A stretch of 64,000 bases of DNA, from positions 662 to 64,661 of the forward strand of contig DATDMD010000159.1 of NCBI GenBank assembly GCA_036518975.1, written 5' to 3'. The position numbers and the translations under genes were made by a program. Below the pieces are notes generated by a model that did not search any database, was not told the origin of the DNA, and worked only from the letters and a program-made list of their open reading frames with translations. Shown here in pieces: positions 42,496 through 52,044 of this stretch (the first letter of the stretch is position 1; the number at the start of each line of letters is the position of its first letter). This DNA comes from Baekduia sp. (lineage in GTDB: Bacteria > Actinomycetota > Thermoleophilia > Solirubrobacterales > Solirubrobacteraceae).

Positions 42496-43088
42496 TTGGG
42501 CTGGCCCAAGGCGTAGCGCTTGATGTCGGTCGCGAACGCCGCGTCGGTCGTGTACGGCCCCTGGTGGATGTACTGGACCTTGCCGTCGGCGTCGTAGTAG
42601 ATCGTCGTCGGGAAGCTGCGCCCGATGCCCAGCGACTGCGCGATCCGCGAGTTGCGGTCGACCAGGCTCGGGTAGGTCACGGGGAAGTGCTTCAGGAACT
42701 TCCCCGCGTCGCCGTCGTTGTCGCTGGCGTCCAGGCCGACGAACGCGACCTCCTTGCCGTACCGCGTGCTCGTGTTCTGGAGGACCGGGAACTCGCCGCG
42801 GCACGGTCCGCACCAGGACGCCCACTTGTTGACGACGATCGGGTGGCCCTTGAGCGCGGCGATGCGTGCCCTGTACGTCGAGGTGCTCGCCGGGATCAGC
42901 GTGTTGGCCTCTCCGTGCAGCGCGGCCAGGGGCGCGGGCGCGCCCGCCAGCGTCTTCTGCGCGGCCGCGAGATCGAAGCGATCCGGGGTCGGCGCCTTGG
43001 TGCTCCCACCGCTCTGGGCGAGCCCGATCGCGACGATCGCGGCGACCACGACACCGCCGCTGAGCCAATACCAACCACGACGCGACAT
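42492..43088 (-). CDS. TlpA/ResA-like membrane-anchored thiol-disulfide oxidoreductase
   Basis: N-terminal TM, VNKWASWCGPCRGEFP, FPTT. Confidence 0.92.
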   Translation of the reverse strand: MSRRGWYWLSGGVVVAAIVAIGLAQSGGSTKAPTPDRFDLAAAQKTLAGAPAPLAALHGEANTLIPASTSTYRARIAALKGHPIVVNKWASWCGPCRGEFPVLQNTSTRYGKEVAFVGLDASDNDGDAGKFLKHFPVTYPSLVDRNSRIAQSLGIGRSFPTTIYYDADGKVQYIHQGPYTTDAAFATDIKRYALGQPK

Positions 43089-43281
43089 ATCGCAAAGGGT
43101 AATGGTGCAAGCGGCTTGGGGAACCGCCGTCAGATCCGGTATCCTTGCTGCACGAGGCGAGGGCACAGCTGCTGTTCACGGGAGGTCCCTCGCTTTCCTC
43201 GGTCCATCCCAACGGATCGTCAAGCGCACGTCCGCCGCTCACGGTTCCTTCGCGGACGCTTCTCCTGAAGAGCAGAGCCGC

Positions 43282-46200
43282 ATGGCTGAATCACCGTCGC
43301 CGGCCGTAGAGGCCGCATCCGTCCCCGATCCCGCGCTCGTCGCTCGCGCCGAGGCGTTCACCCATGAGCGCTTCGTCCACGAGGGTGAGGACCCGGCCGT
43401 CGCGCTCGCGCCCGGCAGCCCGCGCCGCCGCGCGCTGGACTACGCGCTGCAGGAGATCGAGCGCGGCGAGCCGGTCCCGACGACCAAGTGGCGCCGCCGC
43501 TCGGCCCTGATGCTCGGCCTCGAGCGCGTGCTGTCCGAGGACGAGCCGCGCCTGGCCGACGGCACCCTGCTCAACCCGCACCAGGTCGACGCGCTGTCGG
43601 GCACGCTGGTCGCGTTGCTGGCCTCGACGCAGACGCCGGCGAGCGACGACGAATACGCCCCGCCGGCCGCGGCCGCGCCGGTGCTGGCGGTCGAGCCGGA
43701 GCCCGTCGCGGACGAGCCCGAGCCGCCCGTCGCGGAGGAGCCCGAGCCCGACGAGCCGGACGACGACGACGAGGACGACGACGACGAGCCCGACGGCCCC
43801 CCCGTCGAGGTCGAGATCGAGGGCCTCGAGGACGACGACGACGAGGAGGAGGAGCCGCCCTCCGAGGAGGAGTCCTACGACGACGACGCCGAGGACGACG
43901 TCGACGAGGACATCGAGGAGGGCGCGGCCGACGACCCCAACGCGGACAAGCGCTTCTGGTTCGAGCACGCGACCGGCGCCGGCAAGACCGTCGCCGCGAT
44001 GGGCTTCGTCGAGGCGTCGCGCACCGGCGGCGTCCTGATCCTCACGCACCGGCGCAACCTGGTCGACCAGTTCCTGGGCGAGCTGCACACGCGCGGCTAC
44101 GGCAAGCGCGAGTCGCCGCCGCTGCTGGACGGCGAGGGCACGGGCCGCGTCGACGGTCCGGTCACGGTCGAGACCTACCAGTGGTTCGTCCGCAACGCCG
44201 GCCGGATCTCCGACGCCTACACGATCGTCATCTGCGACGAGGCGCACACCGCGCTGGGCGACAAGACGTCCGCCGCGATCCGCGCGTGGACGGGCCCGAT
44301 CTTCATCGGCATGACCGCGACGGGCGCGCTGATCGCCCGCCACGTCACCGACCTCTTCCCGACGCAGACCTCGCGCTTCGACCTCGCGCAGGCCGCGCGG
44401 CGCGGCGTCATCGCGCCGCTGCGGTCGATCCGCATCCCGCCGGGCCCGGGCGTCCGGACGATCGCCAAGGTGCCGCTGCGCAAGGGCGAGGTCGACGTCG
44501 AGTTCGACCAGGAGATGCTGGCCGAGCTGCTGGACCAGGCGCCGTTCAACCTGGCCATCGCCGACCTCTACAAGACACGCTTCAACGGCGTGCCGGGCGT
44601 CGTCTACGCGGCCGGCGTGCGCCACGCGATGAACGTCGCCGCGGCGTTCCGCGAGCTCGACATCAAGGCCGTCGGCGTGTCGGGCGAGACCCCGAAGCGC
44701 GAGCTGGCCGAGATCCTGGCCAAGTACGAGCGCGGCGAGATCGACGTCCTGGTCAACGCCCAGCTGCTCGCCGAGGGCTGGAACTCGCCGCGGGCGACCA
44801 TCTGCATGCACTTGGCGCCGACGGCGTCGAAGCGCATCTACCAGCAGCGCGTCGGGCGCGTCACGCGCCGGCATCCGGGCAAGGAGTCCGGGATCGTCGT
44901 GGACTTCGTCCATCCGGCGACGCGGCACGACGACCCGGTCGTCACGCTGCACTCGCTGCTGGATCGCGACGTCTACCGCGGCGGCGCGATCGTCGTCGGA
45001 CCGGTGCGGCGCGGCCGCGGCCGGCGGGTCCGGGTCGAGCGCCGGGTGATCCCGGTGACGGCCGACATGGACAAGCGCATCGAGGTCTTCGAGCGCGAGC
45101 TGTGGCGGATCGCCGTCGAGTTCCTGGACTACGGCGAGCAGGTCCAGTGGGCCGCGCTGGCCGGCGCGCGCGTGGCGCCGTCGGGCTGGCGGCGGGCGCG
45201 GGCGATGCTGCACTTCGACAAGAGCGGCGAGCTGAAGCGCAACTTCCTGCTGACCGCGGTCGAGCGCAACAAGAACTCCCAGCTGCGCCTGCGCGCGCTG
45301 CAGGAGATCGCGCAGTCGCGCGACGCCGACGCGTTCGAGCGCGCCGTGGACGTCGTGCGGACGTGGTCGCGCGACGAGCGGCGCGAGGGCGTGAAGGTGC
45401 TGCTCCAGGCGCTCGCCGAGCGCCGGATCGGCCGTCGCGACCAGGCGTCGCACTGGATCTGGGACCTCGCGGACATGACGCGCGAGGTGCACGAGGAGTA
45501 CGCGGTCCAGCGCTGGCCCGAGACGAAGCGGTTGTTGGGGTTGCTGGTCAACTCGTCCGGCGGCGCCCACGCGCGCAACGCCCGGCGGCTGGTGCACGCG
45601 GCGCGCAAGCAGGACCGGCGGCTGTCCGCTGCGCTGCTCGCGGCGGCGGTGGCGCACACGCCGGAGGCGATGGAGGTCGTGCGCGGGGCCCGGACGCGGA
45701 TGGCGCGCAAGCCGTCCGCGCTGTCCCGTGAGTTGCTGCGCAACTTCCCGAAGCGCAAGTCGCGCAACCGCCGCAGGCGGGGCAAGAAGGGCGACGAGGC
45801 CGTCAGGGCGACGCAGGTCGAGGTCGCCGTCGGCGCCGCGGTGAGTGCCGACGGCGCGGACGGGGCCGACGACGCCGTGGCCGCGGACGCGACCGAGGGT
45901 GGTGGTGGCGGCGGCGGCGAGGTCGAGCAGACCGCGCCGCGCAAGAAGCGCCGCCGCTCGCGCCGCAAGTCGGCGGCCGCGCGTGCGGCCGAGGCGGCGG
46001 CGACGGTCTCGACTGACGCTGAGGCCGAGGTCGACGTCGACGCCGAGCCCGCGAGCGCCCCCGCTCCCATCCCCGAGATCGATCCCGAAGAGGCCGCGCG
46101 CGGCATCGAAGAGGCCGCGGCGCTGCTCGCCGGCCGCGCTGGCGCGATGCCGGCGGTCGAGGCCGAAAGCGACGGCGATGCCGCGCCGAAGAAGGCCGCG

Positions 46201-47145
46201 CCCCGCCGCCGCCGCGCGCCGGTGGCGGCCATCGCCGCGCCGGTCGAGGACGTGGTGGCTGTCGAGGAGCCGGAAGCCGCCGTCTTCGAGGAGGAGGAGG
46301 CGCCGAAGCCGCCGGCGCGTCGCCGCCGGACGCCGACGGCACCGACCGCCGAGGTCGTGGAGCACGAGGCCCCGAAGCCGCGCCGCCGTCGGACGCCGAA
46401 AGCGGCGCCCGCCGCGGAGGTAGAGACGGCTGAGGCGACGCCGGCCGTGGAGGACGAGGCGCCGAAGCCGCGCCGCCGCCGGACGCCGAAGGCCGCTGCT
46501 GCGGCGGAGGCCGCGCCGACGACCAGCGCTGTGCCCACCAGCGAGGCTGCGCCCGCGGCCGAGACCGCGCCGGCAGTCGACGCTGCGCCCGCGGCCGAGA
46601 CCACGCCGGCAGTCGACGCTGCGCCCACGGCCGAGACCGCGCCGGCGGCCGACGCTGCACCCGCGGCCGACGCTGCGCCGGCGGCCGACGCTGCGCCGGC
46701 GGCCGACGCTGCGCCCGTGGCCGAGGACGCGCCGAAGCCGCGGCGTCGTCGCGTGACGAAGGCGGCGGCGGCCAAAGCTCCCGCGGAGGACGCTGCGGCC
46801 GCCGAGGACGCTCCCAAGTCGAAGCGACGCACCACGAAGAAGGCAGTCGCCGAGGACGCCGCTCCCGACGAGGAGGCGCCGAAGCCGAAGCGGCGGCGCA
46901 CCACGAAGGCCGCGGACGCCGAGGCCGACGCCGCCGACGAGAAGCCGAAGCGGACTCGGACCACCAAGAAGGCCGCGGCCGACGCCGACGAGGCGCCCAA
47001 GCCGAAGCCCAAGCGGCGGACGGTCAAGGCGGCCGAGTGGCCTGATCAGCTCTCCCTCGACGCTCCCGCCGACGAGGAGGCGCCGAAGCCGGCACGGCGG
47101 ACGCGGCGCAAGGCCGCCGCGGATGAGCTCGACGACGCGGCCTGA
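43282..47145 (+). CDS. Large SF2 DExH helicase (YejH/Irc3/Res-like) with acidic insertion and long basic low-complexity tail
   Basis: LNPHQ, ATGAGKT, DEAH, MTATG, LLAEGWN, QQRVGRVTR; 1287 aa from ATG 43282. Confidence 0.88.
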   Translation: MAESPSPAVEAASVPDPALVARAEAFTHERFVHEGEDPAVALAPGSPRRRALDYALQEIERGEPVPTTKWRRRSALMLGLERVLSEDEPRLADGTLLNPHQVDALSGTLVALLASTQTPASDDEYAPPAAAAPVLAVEPEPVADEPEPPVAEEPEPDEPDDDDEDDDDEPDGPPVEVEIEGLEDDDDEEEEPPSEEESYDDDAEDDVDEDIEEGAADDPNADKRFWFEHATGAGKTVAAMGFVEASRTGGVLILTHRRNLVDQFLGELHTRGYGKRESPPLLDGEGTGRVDGPVTVETYQWFVRNAGRISDAYTIVICDEAHTALGDKTSAAIRAWTGPIFIGMTATGALIARHVTDLFPTQTSRFDLAQAARRGVIAPLRSIRIPPGPGVRTIAKVPLRKGEVDVEFDQEMLAELLDQAPFNLAIADLYKTRFNGVPGVVYAAGVRHAMNVAAAFRELDIKAVGVSGETPKRELAEILAKYERGEIDVLVNAQLLAEGWNSPRATICMHLAPTASKRIYQQRVGRVTRRHPGKESGIVVDFVHPATRHDDPVVTLHSLLDRDVYRGGAIVVGPVRRGRGRRVRVERRVIPVTADMDKRIEVFERELWRIAVEFLDYGEQVQWAALAGARVAPSGWRRARAMLHFDKSGELKRNFLLTAVERNKNSQLRLRALQEIAQSRDADAFERAVDVVRTWSRDERREGVKVLLQALAERRIGRRDQASHWIWDLADMTREVHEEYAVQRWPETKRLLGLLVNSSGGAHARNARRLVHAARKQDRRLSAALLAAAVAHTPEAMEVVRGARTRMARKPSALSRELLRNFPKRKSRNRRRRGKKGDEAVRATQVEVAVGAAVSADGADGADDAVAADATEGGGGGGGEVEQTAPRKKRRRSRRKSAAARAAEAAATVSTDAEAEVDVDAEPASAPAPIPEIDPEEAARGIEEAAALLAGRAGAMPAVEAESDGDAAPKKAAPRRRRAPVAAIAAPVEDVVAVEEPEAAVFEEEEAPKPPARRRRTPTAPTAEVVEHEAPKPRRRRTPKAAPAAEVETAEATPAVEDEAPKPRRRRTPKAAAAAEAAPTTSAVPTSEAAPAAETAPAVDAAPAAETTPAVDAAPTAETAPAADAAPAADAAPAADAAPAADAAPVAEDAPKPRRRRVTKAAAAKAPAEDAAAAEDAPKSKRRTTKKAVAEDAAPDEEAPKPKRRRTTKAADAEADAADEKPKRTRTTKKAAADADEAPKPKPKRRTVKAAEWPDQLSLDAPADEEAPKPARRTRRKAAADELDDAA
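46549..46728 (+). repeat. Ten in-frame 18-bp tandem repeats (consensus GCGCCGGCGGCCGACGCT, encoding APAADA/APAAET)
   Basis: Units read directly at 18-bp spacing from 46549 to 46728. Confidence 0.9.
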
Positions 47146-47617
47146 GCCGGACCAGCGGCTCGCGCCCGCGGCGAAGACGATCTGGCGGCTGGAGCTGGCG
47201 GCGGCGGGCCTCGTGGCCTTCGTCGCGTCGCTCTTCATCGGCCGCGCCCTGCGCCATCACAACACGGGCGCGCTGCACACGCTCGGAACGGTCCTGCCGT
47301 GGCTGGTCCTGGCTGTCGCCATCCTCGTCGTCGCCGGCGTGCCGGCGCTGCGCTTCCGCCGCTGGCGCTGGCGGCTCGACGACGACGAGCTGGACCTCCG
47401 CCACGGCGCCGTCACCGACATCCGCACGATCGTCCCGGTGGCGCGGATCCAGCACGTCGACGTCCGCCGGACCTTCTGGGGGCAGCTGTTCGGGGTCGCG
47501 GAGGTCGTCGTGCACACCGCCGCCGGCACGACCGAGATCCCGGGCCTCGAGGAGGGCGAGGCCGCGCGTATCCGTGACCGGCTCGCCGGCCTGATCCAGA
47601 CGCCCGACGATGAATGA
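47123..47617 (+). CDS. bPH_2 domain membrane protein (YdbS-like)
   Basis: Two TMs, WRWRLD, VPVARIQHVD, LFGVA.V.VHTA, IPGL. Confidence 0.88.
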   Translation: MSSTTRPEPDQRLAPAAKTIWRLELAAAGLVAFVASLFIGRALRHHNTGALHTLGTVLPWLVLAVAILVVAGVPALRFRRWRWRLDDDELDLRHGAVTDIRTIVPVARIQHVDVRRTFWGQLFGVAEVVVHTAAGTTEIPGLEEGEAARIRDRLAGLIQTPDDE

Positions 47618-48983
47618 CGCGCCACGCCGCCTCCACGTCGCCGCCGCCGTGGACGAGGCGCTCCGCGGCCTCGGCGACATCGCGCTGCCGCTGATCATCG
47701 GCCTCGTCGCGGGCGGGACGCGGTCCTCGGGCTCGGCGCTCGCCTTCGGCCTCTTCGGCGTCATCGCCGCCCTGGCGATCGGGATCGCCCGCTGGAACGC
47801 GACGACCTACCGCGTCACCGACCGCGCGCTGCACTTCCGCTCCGGCGTCTTCTCGCCCGACGACACGGTCGTCCCGCTGGAGCGCATCCAGGCGGTCGAC
47901 ACGATCGCCGGCCCCGTCCAGCGCGTGTTCGGCGTGACCGGCCTGCACGTCCAGACGCCGGGCGGCGGCGAGGACGGCGACGTGGAGCTCCGGGCGCTGT
48001 CCGCCCGCGCCGCCGGCGAGCTTCGCGCCGCGCTCGGCCACCCCGACACCGGCCTCCGCGCCGAGCGCCGGCGCCTGTCGATGCGCGCGCTGCTCGTCGC
48101 CGCGCTCACCGCGCCGCAGCTGACCGTGCTGCTGCCGGTCGTCGGCGTGGTCTTCGGCGCGCTGCAGAACGGCCTGATCGGCGCCGGCGAGGCCGAGGTC
48201 AAGAACATCAACTCGGTCCACCAGGTGCTGTTGGTGGCCTTGGTCCTGCTTTTGGCCGCGTGGCTGCTGTCGTTCCTCGGCGCGGTCGTCGCGTTCTCGG
48301 GGTTCGAGGTCGAGCGCGTCGAGCACCGGCTGCGCATCCGCCGCGGCCTGCTCCAGCGCCGCGCCGTGTCGGTGCCGGTCGGCCGGATCGACGGCGTGCA
48401 GATCGTCGCCTCGCCGCTGCGCCGGCCCTTCGGGCTGGTGACCCTGCGCCTGGAGGTCACGAGCCTCGGCGGCCGCCAGACCGCCGCCCGGACGCTCTTC
48501 CCGCTGCTGCGCGCGACGCAGGTCGAGCCGTTCCTGCGCGCGTTCGTGCCGGAGCTGGCCGGGACCGTGCACGTCGACCTCCGCCCGCCGACCCGAGCCC
48601 GGCGGCGCTACCTGACGATCCCGGTGCTCGCCGCCCTCGCCGTCGCGGCGTTGATCATCATCTTGGTCCCAGCGGCCTGGCCGTCCGCTCCCGCGCTCGT
48701 CGCGCTGGCCGTCGCCTCCGGCCTGGACGCCTACGCCGTCAGCGGTCTCCGCGTGGCCGGCGACGACGCCCGCGTGATCTTCCGGTCACGCCGCTACGGC
48801 TCCCGCGTGACGCTGGTCGCCCGCCGCCGCCGGCTGCAGGAACTGGGCGTGTCGCGCACGCCATTCCAGCGCCGCGCGGACCTCGCGACCGTCTCGATCG
48901 CCGTCGCGCGCGGAACCCGCATCGGCGTCCGCCACGTCGAACGCCCGCTGGCGCAACGCGTCCTCGCCGAGCTCGCGCCCTAG
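47610..48983 (+). CDS. Multi-bPH_2 domain membrane protein (YdbT-like)
   Basis: Repeated units (VPLERIQAVD, VPVGRIDGVQ, RRLQELG..TPFQRR) separated by TM pairs. Confidence 0.88.
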   Translation: MNDAPRRLHVAAAVDEALRGLGDIALPLIIGLVAGGTRSSGSALAFGLFGVIAALAIGIARWNATTYRVTDRALHFRSGVFSPDDTVVPLERIQAVDTIAGPVQRVFGVTGLHVQTPGGGEDGDVELRALSARAAGELRAALGHPDTGLRAERRRLSMRALLVAALTAPQLTVLLPVVGVVFGALQNGLIGAGEAEVKNINSVHQVLLVALVLLLAAWLLSFLGAVVAFSGFEVERVEHRLRIRRGLLQRRAVSVPVGRIDGVQIVASPLRRPFGLVTLRLEVTSLGGRQTAARTLFPLLRATQVEPFLRAFVPELAGTVHVDLRPPTRARRRYLTIPVLAALAVAALIIILVPAAWPSAPALVALAVASGLDAYAVSGLRVAGDDARVIFRSRRYGSRVTLVARRRRLQELGVSRTPFQRRADLATVSIAVARGTRIGVRHVERPLAQRVLAELAP

Positions 48984-49678
48984 CCCGCCGCCACGCGGCC
49001 GAGGTGGACCTCGCCCGCGTTGAGTGTCGTCACCCCGCCGTCCGCCAGCCGCACCCGCAGATGGCCCTCGTCATCGACGCCCTCCGCGACGCCGGCGCCG
49101 TCTGCCCAGGCCACCTCGCGACCGAGCAGCGCGTCGCGCTCGCGCCAGGACGTCAACACCTCGTCGTCCGGTGCGACCAGCCACCGCGACAAGGACGCCA
49201 CCAAGGACGACAAGAACGGCTCGACCTCCGCCCGCGGCCGGCCGAGCGTTCCGGCGCGGTCGCGGACCTCATCGGGCAAGAGCGTCAGGTCGACCGCCAC
49301 GTTGACCCCGATCCCCAGCACGGCCCAGCCTTCGTGCGGCCGGCCCTCGGCGAGGATGCCCGCGACCTTGCGGCCGTTGACCAGCACGTCGTTGGGCCAC
49401 TTGATCACCGCATCGGGACCGCACGTCTCGGCCACCGCCACGGCGGCCATCAACGACAACAACGCCGGCGGGTCGCGCAACACCATCGACATGGTCACCG
49501 CCGCCCCGGGCTGCGTCGTCCACGCACGCCCCTGGCGACCGCGGCCGGCGGTCTGCGCCGACGCCGTCACCAGCGCTCCGTGCGGCGCGCCCTCCAGCGC
49601 CAGCTCGCGCGCGCGGTCGCTCGTCGACCCGACAGACCGCAGGTGCAGGCGCGGCCACCCGAGACGCCCGCCGGTCAT
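48980..49678 (-). CDS. birA: Biotin--[acetyl-CoA-carboxylase] ligase lacking the N-terminal HTH
   Basis: STSD, QTAGRGRQGRAW, IKWPNDVL, KVAGIL, GIGVNV. Confidence 0.95.
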   Translation of the reverse strand: MTGGRLGWPRLHLRSVGSTSDRARELALEGAPHGALVTASAQTAGRGRQGRAWTTQPGAAVTMSMVLRDPPALLSLMAAVAVAETCGPDAVIKWPNDVLVNGRKVAGILAEGRPHEGWAVLGIGVNVAVDLTLLPDEVRDRAGTLGRPRAEVEPFLSSLVASLSRWLVAPDDEVLTSWRERDALLGREVAWADGAGVAEGVDDEGHLRVRLADGGVTTLNAGEVHLGRVAAG

Positions 49679-50478
49679 CGCGGCCGGATCCGCAGCTCGT
49701 CGTCGCGCGACAACCCCAACAACTCCCGCGCGCTTCCGCGGTTGACGGCCAGCGCCAGCGTCCGGTAGGCGTCCTCGTACAGCAACAACTCCCCGGCCGG
49801 CACGTCGGCGAACGTCGTCGCGTACACACCCGCCCGCCCGTTGACCTCGACGCCCTGCCCCAGCCGGAACCCGGACTCGGTCAGCTCGGCGTGCTCGACG
49901 TCGAGCATCACGTTGCCGAACCGGTCGAACGACACGGCGTGCGCGAACAGCTCTCCGGCCTCGACGTCCAGGAACGCCAGCGGCATGTCGGCGCGGACGA
50001 TCTCGTCGGGGTCGATCGGGTCGCCGGCCGCCGCCAGCTCGGCCCCGGCCGCCAGCGCGGCGGCGACCGGCGCGAACAGGTCGCGCCCGTGGAACGTGGC
50101 GGACACGGGCTCCAGCCGGTGCGGCGAGCGCGTCACGTCCACGACCTCCGCGATCCCGCCGAACCGCTGCGCGGCCAGCGACAGCAGCCCGTTGTCGGGC
50201 CCGACGAGGATGCGGTCCTCCTCGGTCGTCTTCAGCGCGATCGCGCGCCGCGCGGTCCCGACGCCCGGATCGACCACCGCCAGGTGCACGCCCGGCGCGC
50301 AGAACGGCAGCGACCGCCGCAGGACCATCGCCGCCGTGCGCACGTCGTGGCGCTCGAGCCCGTGCGTGAGGTCGATGATCCTGGCATCCGGCGCGATCCG
50401 TGCGATGACCGCGTGGCAGACGCCGACGAAGTCGTCCTCCAGGCCGTAGTCGGACAAGAACGTGATCGGGCGCGTCAT
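49675..50478 (-). CDS. SAM hydroxide adenosyltransferase / SAM hydrolase (DUF62 family)
   Basis: LSDYG, VVDPGVGTARR, GPDNG, SATFHGRDLFAP, DRFGN. Confidence 0.9.
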   Translation of the reverse strand: MTRPITFLSDYGLEDDFVGVCHAVIARIAPDARIIDLTHGLERHDVRTAAMVLRRSLPFCAPGVHLAVVDPGVGTARRAIALKTTEEDRILVGPDNGLLSLAAQRFGGIAEVVDVTRSPHRLEPVSATFHGRDLFAPVAAALAAGAELAAAGDPIDPDEIVRADMPLAFLDVEAGELFAHAVSFDRFGNVMLDVEHAELTESGFRLGQGVEVNGRAGVYATTFADVPAGELLLYEDAYRTLALAVNRGSARELLGLSRDDELRIRPR

Positions 50479-50529
50479 GCTCGGGTGAGGCTAGCGGCGC
50501 CGCCCGCGTCTCGCCGTGGTCGGGCGGGC

Positions 50530-52044
50530 TCAGGCTGCCCGCGTCGTCGCCGCCGCGGCGACGAGGGCGTCCACGAGGCCGCCCGGCGTGTGCTCGGTGG
50601 CCTCGACGTCCGGCTCCAGGCCGTGCGCGCGCAGCGCCTCGGTCGTGATCGGGCCGATCGACGCCAGCCGCAGGCCGGACGCCTTGACGGCCTCCGCGCC
50701 GCCCGCGGCCTCCAGGAAGAAGCGCGCGGAGGACGCCGACGTGAACGTCGCCCAGTCGGCGGCCAGCGCGCCGGCGCGCGTGCGCTCGTCGAGCGGCTCG
50801 GCGACCGTCACGTAGGGCTCGACCACGTCGACCTGCACGCCCTGGGCGTCGAGCGCGTTGCGGACGATGTCGCGCCCGCCCCGGGCACGCACGATCAGCG
50901 CGGTCTTGACGTCGTGGCTGCCGGCGACCAGCTCGGCGAGCGACTCGCCGACGGCCTTGCGCGGGATCAGGTCCGGCTCGACGCCGTGCCCGCGCAGCGC
51001 GTCCGCCGTGCCCGGCCCGATGACCGCGACGCGCGTCCCGGCCAAGGCGCGCGCGTCGCGCCCGCCGGCGCGCAGGCGCTCGAAGAAGCGCGCGACGCCG
51101 TTGGGCGAGGAGAGCACGACCAAGTCATAGGCATCGAGTCGCTCGGGCAGCGCGAAGTCCAGCGGCTGGGGGACGATCGTCGCCGCCTCGACGACCCGCG
51201 CGCCGAGGTCGCGCAGCGAGCGCGCCAGCCCGGAGGCCTGCGCGCGCGGGCGGGTGACGACGACGCTCACGCTCTCCAGCGGCCCGCGTCCCAGCCACGC
51301 CAGCTCCTCGCCCAGCGCGGCGACCGGCCCCACGATCGTGACCGCCGGCGCCTTGACGCCCGCGGCGTCGGCCAGCGCGGCGATCGTCTCCAGCGTCCCG
51401 TGCAGCGCGCGCTGGTCCGGGAGCGTGCCGCGCTCGACGACCGCGACCGGCTCGCTGGCCGGACGGCCGCCGGCGACGAGCTGCTCGGCGATCCGCGGCA
51501 GCGCGCGCACGCCCATGTAGAACACCAACGTGCCCGGGAACGCCGCCAGCGCCGGCCAGTCGATCAGCGTCTCGGGCTTCGCCGGGTCCTCGTGGCCGGT
51601 GACGAACGCGACCGCCGCCGCCAGCCCGCGCTGCGTGACCGGGATGCCGGCGTAGGCCGGCCCGGCGATCCCTGCGGTGATGCCGGGGACGACCTCGAAC
51701 GCGATGCCGTGCTCGCGGCACAGCAGCGCCTCCTCGCCGCCGCGGCCGAAGACGAACGGGTCGCCGCCCTTGACGCGCACCACCAGCTTGCCCTCCTGCG
51801 CGTGCAGCAGCAGGAGCCGGTGCGTCTCTTCTTGGGGCACTTGGTCGCCGCCGCCGATCTTGCCGACGTCGATGACCTCGGCGTCGGCCCGCGCGCCCTC
51901 CAGCGCGGTCGCCGGGATGAGCCGGTCGTGCAGGATGACGTCGGCCGCGGCGATGGCCTCCAGCGCGCGGACGGTCATCAGCCCCGGGTCGCCGGGTCCG
52001 GCGCCGACCAGGATCACCCGGCCCGCGGCGGCCGCCGCCCTCAC
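50530..52044 (-). CDS. cobA: Uroporphyrinogen-III C-methyltransferase / uroporphyrinogen-III synthase fusion (CobA-HemD)
   Basis: LVGAGPGDPGL, RVKGGDPFVFGRGGEE, VPGIT; then VVTRPRAQA, SSPNGV, VIGPGTA, FTSASSA, SIGPIT. Confidence 0.95.
   Translation of the reverse strand: MRAAAAAGRVILVGAGPGDPGLMTVRALEAIAAADVILHDRLIPATALEGARADAEVIDVGKIGGGDQVPQEETHRLLLLHAQEGKLVVRVKGGDPFVFGRGGEEALLCREHGIAFEVVPGITAGIAGPAYAGIPVTQRGLAAAVAFVTGHEDPAKPETLIDWPALAAFPGTLVFYMGVRALPRIAEQLVAGGRPASEPVAVVERGTLPDQRALHGTLETIAALADAAGVKAPAVTIVGPVAALGEELAWLGRGPLESVSVVVTRPRAQASGLARSLRDLGARVVEAATIVPQPLDFALPERLDAYDLVVLSSPNGVARFFERLRAGGRDARALAGTRVAVIGPGTADALRGHGVEPDLIPRKAVGESLAELVAGSHDVKTALIVRARGGRDIVRNALDAQGVQVDVVEPYVTVAEPLDERTRAGALAADWATFTSASSARFFLEAAGGAEAVKASGLRLASIGPITTEALRAHGLEPDVEATEHTPGGLVDALVAAAATTRAA

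Noticed and set aside
46200-47100. Repeats considered as a CRISPR array
   Set aside because: Repeats are in frame, degenerate, lack unique spacers and encode the helicase tail; no cas genes
49675-50478. Possible SAM-dependent fluorinase or chlorinase
   Set aside because: Has TFHGRD and the Asp-Arg-His set typical of the widespread DUF62 SAM hydrolases; no secondary-metabolite context
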